64,000 nucleotides of DNA from Octopus vulgaris (Eukaryota): the NCBI GenBank assembly GCA_951406725.2, contig OX597814.1:174592001-174656000 (forward strand), written 5' to 3'. Positions 62,132 to 64,000 of this stretch are shown piece by piece. Both the position numbers and the translations under genes were made by a program. The notes below the pieces were generated by a model. That model ran no database searches. It saw nothing but the letters and a program-made list of their open reading frames with translations, and had not been told where the DNA came from. The stretch's first letter is position 1. Every line of letters starts with the position of its first letter.

Positions 62132-62248
62132 GTTGTGGTGTATCTGCTTGGAAGTACACTATTTGGAAGGACTCCGATGAGCAAATGACTGTTGGATTCA
62201 ACCCACTTTTGTTTACATTTTCAAAAGCAAAATTCTATTTATGGACAA
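62132..62248 (+). CDS. SLC44A/CTL exon 11 (GCGVSAWKYTIWKDSDEQMTVGFNPLLFTFSKAKFYLWT)
   Basis: CAACAG/GTAAAT; phase 1-1 links exons 10 and 12. Confidence 0.88.
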
Positions 62249-62496
62249 GTAAATATGTTTCCTTTAGATAATAATTATATAATTTTTTTAAAACTTAACC
62301 CTTTAGCATTTAAACCAGCCATATCCAGCCCAAATATTATTGTTCAAACCAGCCAGATCTAACCTTACACTTATACTACAATATTATTCTGAAAATAAGC
62401 AATTGCATCATCAAAATCTCAAAGCTATGAGATAATGCATGATTAATTCAAAACAGTGTGAATAAATAAGCATCACATTTGACAGAATGATCTAAA

Positions 62497-63065
62497 TTCC
62501 ACCTTGTCTGTTCGTCTTGTGGGTGAGAATGTCGAAATTGTTGACCACTTCACTTATCTCGGCAGTGAGATTCATAGTGGCATTAGCTGTGAGTCTGAAG
62601 TCTTAAAAAAGAACTTGGATTAGCCAGTACAGTTATGGACAAGGGTGTCTGGTGCTGCCAATATCTATGCAAGAGGACAGAGATTTGGGTCTTTAGGCTG
62701 CTGATCGTCCCTACCCTGCTCTATAATGGTGAAACATGGACACTGTCTGAGGATCCCTTAGGAGCTGCCTGAACTCCTGAACTCACAAGATTATGGGTTG
62801 CCATTGGTCAGATTTCATCCTGTTATTTTTGATTTGAGAGATTGTTTGGCCGTGTTGCTTGATTTTCCAAGTTGGACCCTACTTACCATGTTCTTTTCTT
62901 AGAGAAACCAGCTAGATTGTCAGGTCATGGTTGATCAACCACATGCCACATGGTCATGACAGATGTAGAAGTATCTTGTTGGGGTGGCATCTGACTGGAA
63001 CTCTGCTGAATGGGTCACTACTGACAAATGGTGAATGCAGCAAGTCCCTACACCTGACCAGACCT
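62497..63065 (+). mobile_element. Degenerate 3' fragment of a different RTE-clade LINE
   Basis: GENVEIVDHFTYLGS...VFRLLIVPTLLYNGETWTL; ends CACCTGACCAGACCT. Confidence 0.8.
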
Positions 63066-63452
63066 TTCGTATGACTTGCTAGAAATACCAGCCAAATTTT
63101 CCCCCATTTCACATCCTACTATAAAAAAAAGCTGCTGTAATTATCATAGTTAGATGTCACTAATCATAGATAACTTCATCCAAAGCTGATCTGCAACTAA
63201 ACAAAGATAATTCTAATTCATTTGTCTTTTAGCTTTGCTGGTTAACTACCTAGACTAATCCAGTTGACTAGTTACTTTCTGCAATGAGTAGATGGCATTT
63301 AGTTAGTGCCATTAGTTACACCCAGAGGACCTTTATCTAACATAGACAAAATAAGTCGTATAATTTGTGCAAAATCAAATTAAATTTTGCAATGCATCTG
63401 AAACTAAAACTCAAAGAAAGAATTCACCTGTCTTTATATGATCTATTTACAG

Positions 63453-63552
63453 GTATCATTACTGGAGTTATATTTGCTATTTTCTTGCTTATATTACTGG
63501 TACTCTTTTCTCGCATTCGGATTGCAATAGCATTGATCAAAGAAGGAAGCAG
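63453..63552 (+). CDS. SLC44A/CTL exon 12 (SIITGVIFAIFLLILLVLFSRIRIAIALIKEGSR); gene continues beyond the window
   Basis: TTACAG/GTTAGT; RI.IAIALIKE.S motif of CTL2/4/5. Confidence 0.95.
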
Positions 63553-64000
63553 GTTAGTTACTTCTCTCAGTGAATACTTTTCTGAGTATTTTTTTTTTTT
63601 TATTTCTCTTTTTTTTTTTCTACTTCAATATATTGTACCTTCAAGAGTTTCTAGACTTGTAATTTCTTTATAACGTTACAATATTCAATGAATTAGCTGC
63701 CACAGAAACCTGAAGAACTATTGATCTTTGTAACTTTTGAAGGACCTGGTAGGTCTTGTTGAAGATTAAAGCTCTTGACCAACTTGAACCCTGTTGTTTA
63801 TTTTCCATAAAACCTGATCTTAACCCTAACACTAATCCCACATTCTATTAATTCTATAATTAAAACATACAAATAAACCTAAATTTTTAATTCTAAATTC
63901 ATGCTGGAGCACAATGAATCACCAGTGAAGGTACTATGGCCTAGTCCCAGAAATTATTTACTATACTCTAATTCATTGCCATTCACACTTACCACTGGAA

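Overview
AT-rich, repeat-dense animal genomic DNA; the repeat families and microsatellite load suggest a coleoid cephalopod such as Octopus (inference). One host gene is supported: the 5' part of a choline transporter-like SLC44A/CTL gene on the + strand. It has 12 small GT-AG exons from 23328 to 63552 with fully compatible phases (~312 aa so far) and continues past the window. The rest is mostly mobile DNA: two large RTE-clade LINEs (8377-~12570 minus, nearly intact; 45445-48300 plus, 5'-truncated), many short RTE 3'-end copies, CR1-type 3' fragments, non-autonomous Helitrons, a complete hAT relic with an 8-bp TSD, a mariner fragment, TTAA MITEs, several tRNA-derived SINE families and Penelope-like pieces. 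The most unusual object is the RTE LINE. It has (i) a candidate 117-nt sense-orientation spliceosomal intron whose removal joins an upstream ATG exon in frame to the endonuclease-RT ORF, (ii) a C4HC3 PHD-type finger inside the RT region in both large copies, and (iii) a variable-copy array of hairpin-forming ~62-67-nt units in its 3' UTR. A pair of degenerate hammerhead-ribozyme cores lies in sense orientation in intron 2 of the host gene. Everything was read by eye; no searches or folding programs were run, and ends of degraded repeats are approximate.
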